Source: Turneriella sp.
Lineage (GTDB): Bacteria > Spirochaetota > Leptospiria > Turneriellales > Turneriellaceae
Assembly (NCBI GenBank): GCA_965279515.1
Contig: CBDIID010000003.1
Location: forward strand, 4,288,001-4,352,000
Direction: 5' to 3'
DNA: 64,000 bases
A program made the translations under genes and the position numbers. The number at the start of each line of letters is the position of its first letter. Within the stretch, counting starts at the first letter, position 1. Positions 1 to 10,802 of the stretch are shown here, piece by piece. The notes beneath the pieces were generated by a model. That model saw only the letters and a list, made by a program, of their open reading frames with translations. It did no database searches and was not told where the DNA came from.

Positions 1-198
1 GTCGGGGAATTTTTTCTCGATCAGTTCACGCAGCCGCGCCTCGATTTCAAGATCAGCCGCTGTCACCGGGGATGCATCCGCCTTGCTGATCATACCAATC
101 GATTCGAGCGGTTTCTTAAAGAAGCGGCGGGAAACTTCTTTGCTGATTTCAGTCGCCTCGGGTAACAGAGATAAGAAAAATTCCTGAGCTGATTTCAT
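1..198 (-). CDS. Inositol monophosphatase family protein (HisN-like histidinol-phosphatase), N-terminal part; runs off the window
   Basis: Manual translation from ATG at 198: MKSAQEFF...KADASPVTAADLEIEARLRELIEKKFPD, containing the IMPase-family K-D-x-S-P-V-T-x-A-D motif; GGAGA upstream. Confidence 0.8.
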   Translation of the reverse strand, partial: MKSAQEFFLSLLPEATEISKEVSRRFFKKPLESIGMISKADASPVTAADLEIEARLRELIEKKFPD

Positions 199-210
199 AA
201 TGTCTCCCGG

Positions 211-417
211 TTAGGCTTTTTGGATTTCGGTTTCGGAAATGTTGGGCATCGTGTGCGGCATCATCTCGCGGTCATAATAGAGCAGATTGTAACTGCCGTC
301 GGGGTTCACGTCTTTGATCTCCGCGGGCGAACCCGGCATAATGATCACACCCTCGAAAATATGCGGCGGTTTGGTGATTTTAACTTTGTCACCGGTTTGG
401 AATGTTGCCATAATCAA
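211..417 (-). CDS. Small hypothetical protein (KOW/SH3-like N-terminus)
   Basis: ORF packed between co-directional neighbours; FQTGDKVKI start. Confidence 0.6.
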   Translation of the reverse strand: MIMATFQTGDKVKITKPPHIFEGVIIMPGSPAEIKDVNPDGSYNLLYYDREMMPHTMPNISETEIQKA

Positions 418-1253
418 TAAAGTGCCGAAAGACCTTCGCGTTCGTAGGGGATTGTCAGCGGGCCAAACTTGGTTTTAAGGCTCAGGTCAAACTTCATCGC
501 ATATTTGAGCTGGCCCGAGCGGATCATGTCCACAACGCTTTTTTTGAGACCGAGGATTTTTACCGTGATCGGCAGCACCACCGACATCGATTTATCCTGC
601 GTCACTGATTTTTGTACAGTTACATCCGATGCCGATATCAGGTTATCCTGCAGTGAAAATTCATAGCGGAATTTTTCGATATCGAGTTCGACATCGTGGT
701 TGTTGGAAACCTTGATGTGTACCATCAGCGTGGCCGAAGCCACGGAAAATTCACCGAGTGCAATTTTTTCAACGTCGAAGCGTGGGCGATCCGGAATCGG
801 AATCTCGCCCTTGTCGGCGATATTAAACGAAAGATCGCCGATGGGTGTATCCAGCACGACTTTGCCGTCGAGCACGTAGGGCAGGGCCTTTTTGGTGAGA
901 ATAACGGTTATGCCGCTTTTGAGGCCCGCATAACTCACCGACACAGGCATGGGAATAATGCTGACGTCGTTTGAAGCAATTTTTGTTTTGTCTTCTTTAA
1001 TACCCTTTAGTAGCCTCTCGTTTTCCACATCGAAGGCATATTCGATGCGGTTGAGCGTTGCGCCGACGGAATTTGGGTTATTGATCTTTACATAGACTAT
1101 GAGGTCGGCGCCGGTAAAATCAATCTTTTTGATTTCGACCCGGTCGACGCCTACCTGGGGAGCATCGAATACTTTTTTAAAGAGAGAGGCGCACTGCAGC
1201 GAAAACGCTGCAACAATGATGGCTGTGGGTATTAAAAGGCGGCGTCGAGTCAC
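414..1253 (-). CDS. Lipoprotein with two tandem LEA type 2 (WHy) domains
   Basis: Signal peptide ending in Cys; INNPN motif and a second NNHD..Y.F.L repeat. Confidence 0.8.
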   Translation of the reverse strand: MTRRRLLIPTAIIVAAFSLQCASLFKKVFDAPQVGVDRVEIKKIDFTGADLIVYVKINNPNSVGATLNRIEYAFDVENERLLKGIKEDKTKIASNDVSIIPMPVSVSYAGLKSGITVILTKKALPYVLDGKVVLDTPIGDLSFNIADKGEIPIPDRPRFDVEKIALGEFSVASATLMVHIKVSNNHDVELDIEKFRYEFSLQDNLISASDVTVQKSVTQDKSMSVVLPITVKILGLKKSVVDMIRSGQLKYAMKFDLSLKTKFGPLTIPYEREGLSALY

Positions 1254-1582
1254 ATGAGTCCCAATTGCAGCTTTGCTTCGTCGGACATCATGCCAGTGTG
1301 AAACGGCGGTTCCCAGATGAGTTCGATTTTCACCGATTTCACACCTTCCACCGATTCGGCTTTCTGTTGTATCTCCGAAGGCAAAGATTCAATCGAGGGA
1401 CAATTAGGGGAGGTCAGCGTCATGTCAATCCGGACATTAGCGGCATCGTCGACATCGATGCCATAGATGAGGCCCAGATCATAAACGTTTACGGGGATTT
1501 CGGGGTCGAAGCAGGTCCTGAGTTCCGCGATAATTTTTTCGCGCAGGTCATCCTTGGTGGTATCCGGCGGCGCTGCGCTCAT
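1250..1582 (-). CDS. sufT: SUF system Fe-S assembly protein (DUF59/SufT)
   Basis: DPEIPVNVYDLGLIY, MTLTSPNCP, WEPP motifs; follows sufD. Confidence 0.92.
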   Translation of the reverse strand: MSAAPPDTTKDDLREKIIAELRTCFDPEIPVNVYDLGLIYGIDVDDAANVRIDMTLTSPNCPSIESLPSEIQQKAESVEGVKSVKIELIWEPPFHTGMMSDEAKLQLGLM

Positions 1583-2373
1583 TGACCCTCTTCGTGGTGC
1601 CCAAAAAATGCAGCGGTCTTCGCATCGGGCAGCGCGTCATAGAATTGTTTTTGTGAAGAAAGAATCAGAATCTCTTCGGCTTCAGCCGCGCCGATGCCGC
1701 GCGCCATGAGGTAGCGCTGCGCGTCTTCGTCGATAAAACCGACAGTCGAACCGTGCGTGCAGCGCACGTCGTCATGCATGATATTCAGAAAGGGCTGCGC
1801 ATCGATGCGTGCGCCCTGGGAGAGGGTAATCCCCCTGTGCAGCTGGTGCGCGACCGAGCCCGAGGCACCGGGGTCGACGGTGATGCGCCCGGTAAAAGTG
1901 ATGGTGGATGTATCGGCGGCATAAGAATAAAACTTCTGATCGGTCAGGTTTTGCCCCTGTGTGTGGTGCACATGCACTTCAATGGTGGATTTTTCATTCT
2001 GTGTGAGTTCGGTGAGGCCGGTAAAATGCGCTTCAGCCTCTTTGCCGATGGTGGCATTAAAGGCGAGGTTCGCATCGGTGTTCTTCACCGCCGAAAAGAC
2101 ATCGAGATGACTTTGTGGATCGAGTAAAAAGGTGGATGTAATGCCTGGAGCGCCGCCTGTGATCTGGTAGAAAACTTTGGTTCGTGTTTTGGGCGCGAGT
2201 TTGAAATCGAGCAGGATTTTTTTTGCGCTTTTGACATCCTCGCATTTGAGATAGACGCTGAGTTCTGGTGACGTCGAGGCCACTGTTACCTTTTCGTAAG
2301 TGGCCAGTTCAGCCGCGCTGAGAATGACTTCAGAGGTGCCGGCGGGTATCGTGATCAGGTGGTCAGCCATCAT
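1579..2373 (-). CDS. sufD: Fe-S cluster assembly protein SufD (short form)
   Basis: C-terminal IDAQPFLNIMHDDVRCTHGSTVG..YLMARGI; start placed at MMADH, overlapping the sufC stop. Confidence 0.85.
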   Translation of the reverse strand: MMADHLITIPAGTSEVILSAAELATYEKVTVASTSPELSVYLKCEDVKSAKKILLDFKLAPKTRTKVFYQITGGAPGITSTFLLDPQSHLDVFSAVKNTDANLAFNATIGKEAEAHFTGLTELTQNEKSTIEVHVHHTQGQNLTDQKFYSYAADTSTITFTGRITVDPGASGSVAHQLHRGITLSQGARIDAQPFLNIMHDDVRCTHGSTVGFIDEDAQRYLMARGIGAAEAEEILILSSQKQFYDALPDAKTAAFFGHHEEGQ

Positions 2374-3106
2374 AACCCTTTTCTTCGATGCGGTGGACAA
2401 TGTCGATGCCGCCCGATTCGATAATTTTGCCGCCCGAAAGCACATGCACGTGCGTCGGTGTGATGTATTTCAGAATGCGCGAGTAGTGCGTGATGACGAT
2501 CATGGTGCGATCGCCAGACATCGAGTTAACCGCCTCTTTCGCCACGACCTCGAGCGCATCGACGTCAAGGCCCGAGTCAATCTCGTCGAGCACCATGAGG
2601 TTGGGGGCGAGCATCGCCATCTGCAGAATTTCATTTTTCTTTTTCTCGCCGCCTGAAAAACCTTCATTGAGCGAGCGTTTGATCATTTCGGCCTTCATAT
2701 CGAGGCGCGCCATGATCTCTTTCGCGCGGGTGAGAAACTCGCCTGCGCCCAACTCAGCTTCGCCGCGTGCTTTGCGTACGGTGTTCACGGCCGTGCGCAG
2801 AAACTGCATGTTGTTCACACCAGGCAGTTCGGGCGGATACTGGAAGGCGACGAAGACGCCCTTGCGTGCGCGTTCTTCAATAGGCATCGCCAGAAGATCT
2901 GCGCCGCCGAAACGGATAGTGCCCTGGGTGACAACGAACTCGGGGTTGCCGGCAATCACATGCGAGAGTGTACTCTTGCCCGAACCATTGGGGCCCATGA
3001 TGGCGTGGATCTCCCCGGCGCCCAGGGTGAGGTTTATACCCTGGAGGATTTTTTTATCCCCCGTGGAGACGTGTAAATTTTCAATTTCGAGTAAAGTCTT
3101 CTGCAT
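2363..3106 (-). CDS. sufC: Fe-S cluster assembly ATPase SufC
   Basis: GPNGSGKST, AFQYP, LNEGFSGGEKK, LDEIDSGLD, ITHY. Confidence 0.96.
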   Translation of the reverse strand: MQKTLLEIENLHVSTGDKKILQGINLTLGAGEIHAIMGPNGSGKSTLSHVIAGNPEFVVTQGTIRFGGADLLAMPIEERARKGVFVAFQYPPELPGVNNMQFLRTAVNTVRKARGEAELGAGEFLTRAKEIMARLDMKAEMIKRSLNEGFSGGEKKKNEILQMAMLAPNLMVLDEIDSGLDVDALEVVAKEAVNSMSGDRTMIVITHYSRILKYITPTHVHVLSGGKIIESGGIDIVHRIEEKGYDG

Positions 3107-3150
3107 CGTGAGGGATCCCAATTTAATATTCTCTTCGAAGATGACCGGCA

Positions 3151-4620
3151 TCAGCCGTTTGCATCCTCGAGGCTGATTTCCAAAAGTTTTTGTGCCTCGA
3201 CAGCGAACTCCATAGGCAGTTCACGGAAGACTTCTTTGCAAAAACCGTTAACAACCATATGCACCGCGTCTTCTTCAGTGAGGCCGCGCTGCCTGAGAAA
3301 GTAGAGCTGCGCGTCGGAGACTTTTGATGTCGTCGCTTCGTGCTCGACCTGCGCCTTCTGGTTTTTGACTTCGATGTAAGGGTAGGTATGCGCCGAAGCG
3401 GTATTGCCCAGAATCAGCGAATCGCAGCGCGTGTAGTTGCGCGCTTTTTCAGCGCCGCCGCCGATACGCACGAGGCCACGGTAGGTGTTCTTGCCATGGC
3501 CTGCGGAAATGCCCTTGGAGATAATAGTGCTCGTCGTGCCTTTGCCTAAATGGATCATCTTCGTGCCGGTGTCAGCCTGCTGGTAGTTGCCGGTGAACGC
3601 AACAGAGTAGAATTCCCCTTTGGAGTTATCACCCTTGAGAATACAGCTCGGGTACTTCCAGGTGATCGCCGAACCCGTCTCGACCTGCGTCCATGAGATG
3701 CGTGAGCTTTCGCCCTTGCAGAGGCCGCGCTTGGTGACAAAATTGTAAATGCCACCCTTGCCATTTTCATCGCCGGGATACCAGTTTTGCACCGTCGAGT
3801 ATTTGATGTAGGCGCGGTCGAGCGCGACGAGTTCGACAACAGCCGCGTGCAGCTGGTTTTCATCGCGCTGCGGCGCGGTGCAGCCTTCGAGGTAGCTGAC
3901 ATAACTGTCGTTGTCGGCGACAATGAGCGTGCGCTCGAACTGGCCGGTGTTGGCTGAGTTGATGCGGAAGTAGGTCGAGAGCTCCATCGGGCAGCGCACA
4001 CCGGGAGGAATATAGACGAAGGAGCCGTCGCTGAACACGGCGGCGTTGAGCGCGCTGAAAAAGTTATCTTTGACAGGCACAACCGAGCCCAGGTATTTCT
4101 GGATGAGTTCGGGGTGTTCGCGCACCGCTTCAGAAAAGGAACAGAAAATGATGCCGAGTTTCGCGAGACTCTCGCGGTAGGTCGTCACGACAGAGACGCT
4201 GTCGAAGACGGCGTCGACAGCGACGGGAGTCGCGGGGCGGCTATTGATGTCAGAGCCTTCGACATTCGCCAGGAATTTTTGTTCGGTGAGGGGAATCCCC
4301 AACCGGTTAAAAGTTTCGATGAGTTTGGGGTCAGCTGCGTCGAGCGACTCGAGTTTTTTTTTCGGGCGCGAGAAGTAACTGATCTTCTGGTAGTCGATGG
4401 GCGGGTAGCTGACCTCGGCCCACTTGGGTTCGGTCATCTGCTGCCAGGCGCGATAGGCATTGAGGCGCCATTCGAGCATGAACGCCGGCTCTTCTTTCAT
4501 CGCCGAGATTTTACGTACAGTATCTTCGCTGAGGCCCACTGCGAGCGTTTCGGCTTCGATGTCGGTGACAAAGCCGTATTTGTATTCGGTCTTGAGATCT
4601 TCTACGGCAACGGTGGACAT
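3151..4620 (-). CDS. sufB: Fe-S cluster assembly protein SufB
   Basis: [43 protein letters not shown]. Confidence 0.97.
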   Translation of the reverse strand: MSTVAVEDLKTEYKYGFVTDIEAETLAVGLSEDTVRKISAMKEEPAFMLEWRLNAYRAWQQMTEPKWAEVSYPPIDYQKISYFSRPKKKLESLDAADPKLIETFNRLGIPLTEQKFLANVEGSDINSRPATPVAVDAVFDSVSVVTTYRESLAKLGIIFCSFSEAVREHPELIQKYLGSVVPVKDNFFSALNAAVFSDGSFVYIPPGVRCPMELSTYFRINSANTGQFERTLIVADNDSYVSYLEGCTAPQRDENQLHAAVVELVALDRAYIKYSTVQNWYPGDENGKGGIYNFVTKRGLCKGESSRISWTQVETGSAITWKYPSCILKGDNSKGEFYSVAFTGNYQQADTGTKMIHLGKGTTSTIISKGISAGHGKNTYRGLVRIGGGAEKARNYTRCDSLILGNTASAHTYPYIEVKNQKAQVEHEATTSKVSDAQLYFLRQRGLTEEDAVHMVVNGFCKEVFRELPMEFAVEAQKLLEISLEDANG

Positions 4621-4675
4621 TCAGGTGAAATATACAAAAAATAGGCCAAATTGGGTAAAAAATATACTCCGACGT

Positions 4676-5746
4676 TTACTTCAGGTATTCCGCATATTGA
4701 GGGTTCAGGCGGATAGCCTCAGTGAACGTGCGCGAGCCCCATTCAATCTCTTCCCAGGTCGGAACGCGGTGGTTAATACCGACTTCGGGATCGATTTCTC
4801 CTAAAATGACAAAACTCTCCCGCTCTTTGGGTTTATAGAGAATGTACTTGTTAAAAAAGTAGATCACGTGCCTGCCATAGAAGGCGGCGATCGCCGATCG
4901 CAGGTGCCGCTGCACCTCGCGGGTGTCATAATAGAGATCGGGGCCGGCATTGGCGCTGCGCAGAATCACCGCATCGATTTCGTCGGTCAGAAACAGCTTC
5001 ACAGGATTTTTAAAATGCTCGGGCCTCTCCATCATCGTGGGGATCTCCACGACCGGGAAGGGCAGCTGCTCGCCCGATTTGCGGTAGGTATCGACATAAC
5101 GGTTCTTCTTATTCGCGCTGTCATTGATGTCGCTCGCGATAATTTTGAGGTGCGGGCTCACTTTTTTATCCTCGAAAAGGTCGCGCACCGTGTCGGCGCC
5201 CTCTCCCGATAAGATAGCGCTGCCGATGTCGAAGAACAGCGCGCCTTCGAACTGGTCCCTGAGATTGACAGAACCGTCGGCGATCAGCTTGCCTGAAAAA
5301 ACCGCACGCAGAAAGATGTTGTGATCGTAGAGACGGCGGCGGCCTGAGCGCTGCTCGACAATGCTGTTGCCGAATTTTTTCTTTTTATATTTTTTGACGC
5401 GGTTTGCCGTGCCGAAGGTCTTATGTTCTTCGGCCATGTGCAGCACAAAGGCATCGTTCTCATAGGGGTTGTAGAAGGCCCGTTTTATGATGACCGTTTT
5501 GGCCGGTTCCACAGGGGGATTTTCCGCTTTGGCGGGAAGCGGTTTCGGTTCTTCAGCCGGCTTTTTCGGCTCTTCTTTTACCGGTTCCGCTGCTCTGGGT
5601 TTTGCCGTCTCCGTTGCCTGCGCCATGCGCCTGGCAGGCGCCGGAGCGGGGTTGGGATGTTTAGCAGGTGTGGATTGGCACGCTAGAAATGAATAGCCCA
5701 TGAGCAGGACAAAATAACGGCACCAGAGCATCGTCCGGAATAGCAC
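4676..5746 (-). CDS. Hypothetical lipoprotein with Pro/Ala/Glu-rich linker
   Basis: Lipobox FLAC, low-complexity linker, then a globular domain containing FFDIGSA. Confidence 0.7.
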   Translation of the reverse strand: MLFRTMLWCRYFVLLMGYSFLACQSTPAKHPNPAPAPARRMAQATETAKPRAAEPVKEEPKKPAEEPKPLPAKAENPPVEPAKTVIIKRAFYNPYENDAFVLHMAEEHKTFGTANRVKKYKKKKFGNSIVEQRSGRRRLYDHNIFLRAVFSGKLIADGSVNLRDQFEGALFFDIGSAILSGEGADTVRDLFEDKKVSPHLKIIASDINDSANKKNRYVDTYRKSGEQLPFPVVEIPTMMERPEHFKNPVKLFLTDEIDAVILRSANAGPDLYYDTREVQRHLRSAIAAFYGRHVIYFFNKYILYKPKERESFVILGEIDPEVGINHRVPTWEEIEWGSRTFTEAIRLNPQYAEYLK

Positions 5747-5791
5747 ACCGCTTTATGCTTTCAAGTGGAAATGCAGGTTTTCGGTATGGAA

Positions 5792-7240
5792 TCAGCGGTC
5801 GATGCCACCATCGCGGTTTAATTTCAGGATAAAGCCGTTTTGCCTGCCGTTTTCGAAAGGCAGCATTACGGATACTTCCGTGGCATTTTCAATCGGCCCG
5901 ACCGGTGCTTTACCCGAAACCAGGATACTCCCCTCAGGGCCCGGCTGCATATTGCCTACCTTCACAATCCCGCCGCCGCCAAGACTCGTATGCCAAAGCA
6001 GACTACCTGCTGTGTCACTTTTCATGATTTTGATGCCCTGACCCGGGGGCGGTGTGAGAACCGAATTACGACCGTGCAGCGTCGCTATCGGCCCGAGGCT
6101 ATTCGCCGCGGATAAATACTGATTATCTATGAAGACAAGGCGTTTGCCCTGTATGTCGGCCAACGCGTCGCCGTGTATCGTAAACCAGCTCAAGGTACCG
6201 GCAGCGGTATAACGCGCGAGAATAGCTCCGGTGCGTCCCGCAAAACCGCTGACCTGGGGCGACAAGCCTGCGATAACCGGGGCTGCCGCGTTCGTCTCTC
6301 CGGTGACGAAAATGTCACCTGCATCGCTGACGGAGAGCGCCGAGAGATTTTCGACAGAGGTATTCGCTCCAAAATAAGACAGCCATATCAGGCTTCCGCT
6401 GCCGGCTAAGCGCGCGAGAAAACCATCACGGGCGCCGGTGAATCCCGGAATGGACGCGACGGGGCCTGCAGAACTGCCGGTCACGTAAATATCGCCATTC
6501 TTCTGGAAAACCGCCCCTGGCGAATCAGCGTTGACCGAACCCAGAAAGGTATGCCAAAGGGGGGCGCCACTCGCGCTGACCTTAAGTACCTGAATATCGG
6601 CGGCATTCGAGTACGGCAAGATCGGGGGGCCCGCGATTGTGGAGGTGCCGTCGGTCGAGAGCAAAAGGATAAATCCACCGTCATCCGCCAGTGCCATATC
6701 GTTCGGGATTTCATTTGCCGCGGCACCCAAATGGGTGAACCATTCGACGGCTCCGGCGGCAGACAATTTGATGAGGACGGGATCAATAGAAGCCTGAAAC
6801 GCCCGAATGGGAGTCACCCCACCCATGGAGTTAATGCCGGTATTCGTCCATCCTAAAACAATGCAGCCGCCGTCGGGTGTTTCCCGAATCGCCGTGGCTT
6901 CATCCTGTCCGGGGCCGCCCAGATAGGTATGCCAGAGCTTTTCACCCTGGCGGTTATAGCGTGCAATCAGCAGGTCGGATACAGTGAAGGGTAAAAGCGG
7001 TGTCCCCGCAATGGCGGAGGACCAGGCAACGTTTGCGGAGTCGGTAACCAGAAAGCCGCCGTCTGCAGTCGTGTGCAGACTGACATTCGGGCTGCTGTTC
7101 GATAAGCCGCCGATGTAGGTCAGAAAGGATTTTTCGAGCGGTTTTTCCGACGGCGCAGGAGTCTCCGGTATTTCCCAGAAGTTGCCGAACTGCCGGCAAT
7201 TCAAAATAACAAAACCGAACAAGAAAACGCAGACCCGCAT
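5792..7240 (-). CDS. Beta-propeller repeat lipoprotein (SBBP-like)
   Basis: Repeated G-x2-x-W-[HFL]-[TS]-x-[LF]-G blades with IYVTG/IFVTG strands; N-terminal hydrophobic stretch ending in Cys. Confidence 0.75.
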   Translation of the reverse strand: MRVCVFLFGFVILNCRQFGNFWEIPETPAPSEKPLEKSFLTYIGGLSNSSPNVSLHTTADGGFLVTDSANVAWSSAIAGTPLLPFTVSDLLIARYNRQGEKLWHTYLGGPGQDEATAIRETPDGGCIVLGWTNTGINSMGGVTPIRAFQASIDPVLIKLSAAGAVEWFTHLGAAANEIPNDMALADDGGFILLLSTDGTSTIAGPPILPYSNAADIQVLKVSASGAPLWHTFLGSVNADSPGAVFQKNGDIYVTGSSAGPVASIPGFTGARDGFLARLAGSGSLIWLSYFGANTSVENLSALSVSDAGDIFVTGETNAAAPVIAGLSPQVSGFAGRTGAILARYTAAGTLSWFTIHGDALADIQGKRLVFIDNQYLSAANSLGPIATLHGRNSVLTPPPGQGIKIMKSDTAGSLLWHTSLGGGGIVKVGNMQPGPEGSILVSGKAPVGPIENATEVSVMLPFENGRQNGFILKLNRDGGIDR

Positions 7241-7299
7241 TCCCTTATCGTTCTCGCCCAAGCAAAAAAACAACCATAGCCGGGATTTTCCGCTTTCAG

Positions 7300-7665
7300 G
7301 TGCCGGCGCTGGATTTAAAAGAGCTTCTGAAACCAGCCTTCCGCAATGACGAAGAAAATATTGCCGCCTCTTACCTGCGCAGGCAGGGTTTCACCGTGCT
7401 ATCGCGCAACGACCGACGTTTTGGTGCGGAGTTGGATTTTCTCTGCGCGCTGAAAGAAGCAGACGAACTGTTTATTTTCGAGGTGAAAAAGAAGCCGCGG
7501 GCACGTTCCGCAGCGTATCCGAGAATTTCGGCGGCGCAGTTAAAGAAGCTCAAAAAGGCGGCGCTGAAGATTCAGACGACAGCAGATAAATTCATTACGG
7601 TGAGGATATCCCTGCTGATTGCGGATAAAACGACGGGCAGAGTTGAGCTGATCCCCGATATCTGA
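7300..7665 (+). CDS. YraN (UPF0102) family endonuclease-like protein
   Basis: E.IAASYL...GF.VL.RN, ELD, IFEVK. Confidence 0.8.
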   Translation: MPALDLKELLKPAFRNDEENIAASYLRRQGFTVLSRNDRRFGAELDFLCALKEADELFIFEVKKKPRARSAAYPRISAAQLKKLKKAALKIQTTADKFITVRISLLIADKTTGRVELIPDI

Positions 7666-8784
7666 CTACCTCTTATCAAGCGGAATATATTTCAGATTTT
7701 TTTTACCGGTATAGACACCGCGCGGGCGTATCAGTTTGTTCTGCGTATACTGCTCGGCGATGTGCGCCAGATAACCGGCGTTGCGCGCGATGGCAAAGAT
7801 GCAGGTAAAAATATCGGCCGATAGTCCCATGAGATAGAAGGCGAGTCCCGAATAATAATCCACATTGGCGTGCAGCTTTTTGCGTTTCAGCATCTCTTGC
7901 TCGAGCAGTTTTGCGGTTTCAAAGAGCGCTTTCTCATTGCCCTGCGTGGCAAGCCCCGCACAAAGTTCGCGCAGAATCGGTACGCGCGGGTCGCCGTCTT
8001 TGTAGACACGGTGGCCGAAACCCATGACGATTTCTTTTTTCCTGAGCCGGTCGGTCAGGTACTCATCGACCGCGTCGGGTTTTGCAATCGTCAGCAGCAT
8101 TTCGATCGCGCGCTGGTTGGCGCCGCCGTGCAAATTGCCTTGCAGTGTGCTCACCGCTGAAACAATACAGGAATATGTGTCCGCCTGCGTAGCGGCTGTT
8201 GTGCGCGCGGCAAAGGTTGAAGCATTGAGTTCGTGTTCTGCATAGAGAATGAGCGTCGTTTCAAGGAGGCGCGCCGTCTTTTCATCGGGCATCGTGCCTG
8301 TCAGGCAGTACAGAAAATTCGCGGCGAGATTCAGATCTGCATGTGCTTCGACATGCGCCTTGGCATTGCGGTGGCGTGCAATCGCCGCGACGATGAGGGG
8401 CATCTTGGCAATCAGCCGGATTGCCTTGCGGCGCTGCGCCGGGGGGCTCATATCGGCGGCTTCGGCATCGTAGAGTCCGAGCGATGAAATGAGCGTACGC
8501 AGCACCGCCATCGGATGCGCCTCGCGCGGCACATGGTTGATATGTTCGATAATTTCGCGCGGCAGGCTGAACTCGGCCTTCAGCGCCACGTTGAATTCAC
8601 GCAGCTCCTGCGCCGAGGGTAGCGCATCGTTCCAGAGCAAATATACGACTTCTTCGAAAGTCGCCTGCGCCGCGAGATCGACGACGCTGTAGCCGCGGAA
8701 GCGCAGGCCTTTCTGGTCGATTTCACAGATCGATGATTCCAAAACTTCGATATCTTCGAGCCCGGCGTGGTGGTCTGTGGACAT
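7666..8784 (-). CDS. Citrate synthase / 2-methylcitrate synthase family protein
   Basis: EHELNASTF, LHGGAN, MGFGHRVYK.GDPR, NVDYY, IRP. Confidence 0.93.
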   Translation of the reverse strand: MSTDHHAGLEDIEVLESSICEIDQKGLRFRGYSVVDLAAQATFEEVVYLLWNDALPSAQELREFNVALKAEFSLPREIIEHINHVPREAHPMAVLRTLISSLGLYDAEAADMSPPAQRRKAIRLIAKMPLIVAAIARHRNAKAHVEAHADLNLAANFLYCLTGTMPDEKTARLLETTLILYAEHELNASTFAARTTAATQADTYSCIVSAVSTLQGNLHGGANQRAIEMLLTIAKPDAVDEYLTDRLRKKEIVMGFGHRVYKDGDPRVPILRELCAGLATQGNEKALFETAKLLEQEMLKRKKLHANVDYYSGLAFYLMGLSADIFTCIFAIARNAGYLAHIAEQYTQNKLIRPRGVYTGKKNLKYIPLDKR

Positions 8785-8805
8785 ACTGCCCTCTGCAAGG
8801 CGGCG

Positions 8806-9912
8806 CTATCGCGGCAAGCGTTTTGCCCTGAGCCAGCTTAGGCTGGCCTCTGTGACGCGGTCGACCGGAATGCTGCGGTAAGATTCTTCATCGCGCTTAA
8901 AGATATCTGAATGAAAACCCGGCGTGCCACGCACCACGAGATTTTCACCGCCCAGGGGACCCCAACGTATCGGATCGGCCCAACCCATGAGCGTGAGTGT
9001 CGGTACGCGGGTGGCTGAGGCGATGAACTGCATCGAACTTGTATTCGTGACGAGCGCGGCGGCGCCTTTTACAATGTGAAAGAGTTCGCTTAACCCCTTG
9101 GGTTGTAAGATGGTGTTTTCACCCGCGGCTTCGTTGAGCCAGTCGGTCTCTGACGGTGAACCGATGATGCGGATTTCATAGTCGCTGACATTCTGTGCCA
9201 GAAATTCGGCCAGCGCACGGAAATTTTCCGCGGGCCATGCCTTGTCGCGGCGGCTGGCGGTGGGGTTGATCAGGATGTATTTCTTCGCAGCCAGTTTGTA
9301 TTGTGCGAGCACTTCCGGCGTATTTTCCGCAAGAGTCATTTCCGGAAGGGGGTCACGGTTGAGCCTTTCATACGTGATCGCATTTGCTTTTTCCTGCAGC
9401 GGCTTACGGTTGCGCCGCCACGTGCTATAGGTGCCGGCGGATGTAGGTGGTGCCGCAACAATCGCATTCAGCCAGTCGCGTTCATGGATCGGCGGTTCTT
9501 CGCCCAGCCAGCCATACCAGTGCGTGAAAAGGAACCGGAAAAACCGCGGCGAAGACCCGTAACGCACCGGCACGCGCGCAAAAAATGCATGCCATGAGTA
9601 ACGCAACGATTCAAACCGCAGATTATAGAGTGTTGCGGTACTACAAGCGAGCTTGTAGAAGGTCGTTGTCACTCCCGTGTTATGCCAGCCATCCGCCCAG
9701 GAGAATTTTTCGAGTTGGTATTTTTCTTTCAGCACAAACACGGTGCGGATATTCAGCTGCGGGTATGCGCGCAGGACCTCGAGCCAGAGTGCATTGCCGC
9801 AGATGACAATTTCTTTGCCGGGGTGCGCACGCACGACTTTTTCGAGCGCCGAAAGCCCTACCAGTATATCGCCCAGGGCGCCCAATCTAAGGAATACAAT
9901 TTTGTCGCGCAT
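8806..9912 (-). CDS. Glycosyltransferase family 9 (heptosyltransferase-like)
   Basis: RLGALGD, K.WP.E.F, VTNTSS..H/F..A, P.RWGP. Confidence 0.88.
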   Translation of the reverse strand: MRDKIVFLRLGALGDILVGLSALEKVVRAHPGKEIVICGNALWLEVLRAYPQLNIRTVFVLKEKYQLEKFSWADGWHNTGVTTTFYKLACSTATLYNLRFESLRYSWHAFFARVPVRYGSSPRFFRFLFTHWYGWLGEEPPIHERDWLNAIVAAPPTSAGTYSTWRRNRKPLQEKANAITYERLNRDPLPEMTLAENTPEVLAQYKLAAKKYILINPTASRRDKAWPAENFRALAEFLAQNVSDYEIRIIGSPSETDWLNEAAGENTILQPKGLSELFHIVKGAAALVTNTSSMQFIASATRVPTLTLMGWADPIRWGPLGGENLVVRGTPGFHSDIFKRDEESYRSIPVDRVTEASLSWLRAKRLPR

Positions 9913-10013
9913 CGGCAGTTACCGCCGTAACAGATGGAAACGCGGACAAGTTGAAAATGTTTAATAAGTTCTCGACATGCCCCGGCCCTTTTGACTTTTT
10001 GCCGACTTTATTT

Positions 10014-10751
10014 ATGGAATCCACGGATTTGCACGTCTATACCACATCGCATCTTTTCACGAGGATGCAGGAGGTATTGAGGACTTTAAAGGAAAAAAAT
10101 CCCGGCTGGCGCACTGCGCTCGATGCCCCTGCGGGGGCGGGTGCGTTTACGCGGTTTCTCGCGGAAGATCTGGGGCTGAAGACCGAAGCCAGCGACATCG
10201 ACCCTGCAAAGTGGACCTACAAAAAAGTGCGCGCACAGAAGGCAGACCTCGGCCGCAAACTGCCGTACGCTGACCGTAAATTTGATGTCGTGGTCTGTCT
10301 TGAAGGGCTCAAGCATGTTTCGGACGTATCGACTGCGATCAAAGAACTGTCACGGGTGCTTAAACCCGGTGGCACGATGGTTCTCACGATCCCGAATGAT
10401 CTCTGTCTCGAAACCCGTCTCAATTATTTTTTCAATGGTTTTGTCGATACTGACTGGAAGCTCATGGATGTCGCCGACGAAAATGTGAAATCCTTCCTTT
10501 ATGTGCGCTCGCTGGTGCAATTGCCCTATCTGTATTTCTTTCTCGATGAGAACGGGCTCAGGTTAACCGAAAGTTATGCTTCGCGGCACCGCAATTTCAG
10601 CCTTTTCCTGATGTTTTTGTTTTATCCTTTTACCTGGCTCAGGACCCGTAAAGCGTGTCCGCCCAAGCATCCCCTTTACAAACATATGCTGTCGAAGGCC
10701 TGGCTGACCGGCCGGCACTGCATCATTGTCTGCGAAAAGAAAGCCGAATAG
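10014..10751 (+). CDS. Class I SAM-dependent methyltransferase
   Basis: LDAPAGAG, LPY.D..FD, RVLKPGG. Confidence 0.9.
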   Translation: MESTDLHVYTTSHLFTRMQEVLRTLKEKNPGWRTALDAPAGAGAFTRFLAEDLGLKTEASDIDPAKWTYKKVRAQKADLGRKLPYADRKFDVVVCLEGLKHVSDVSTAIKELSRVLKPGGTMVLTIPNDLCLETRLNYFFNGFVDTDWKLMDVADENVKSFLYVRSLVQLPYLYFFLDENGLRLTESYASRHRNFSLFLMFLFYPFTWLRTRKACPPKHPLYKHMLSKAWLTGRHCIIVCEKKAE

Positions 10752-10802
10752 CCCGATTGCTTTTCGGTTTGACGGCCGGTTTTGCTTTCAGGGCGCTATT
10801 CA

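Noticed and set aside
1250..4620. suf operon lacking sufS/sufE
   Set aside because: Split suf operons are common and the missing genes may lie elsewhere in the genome.
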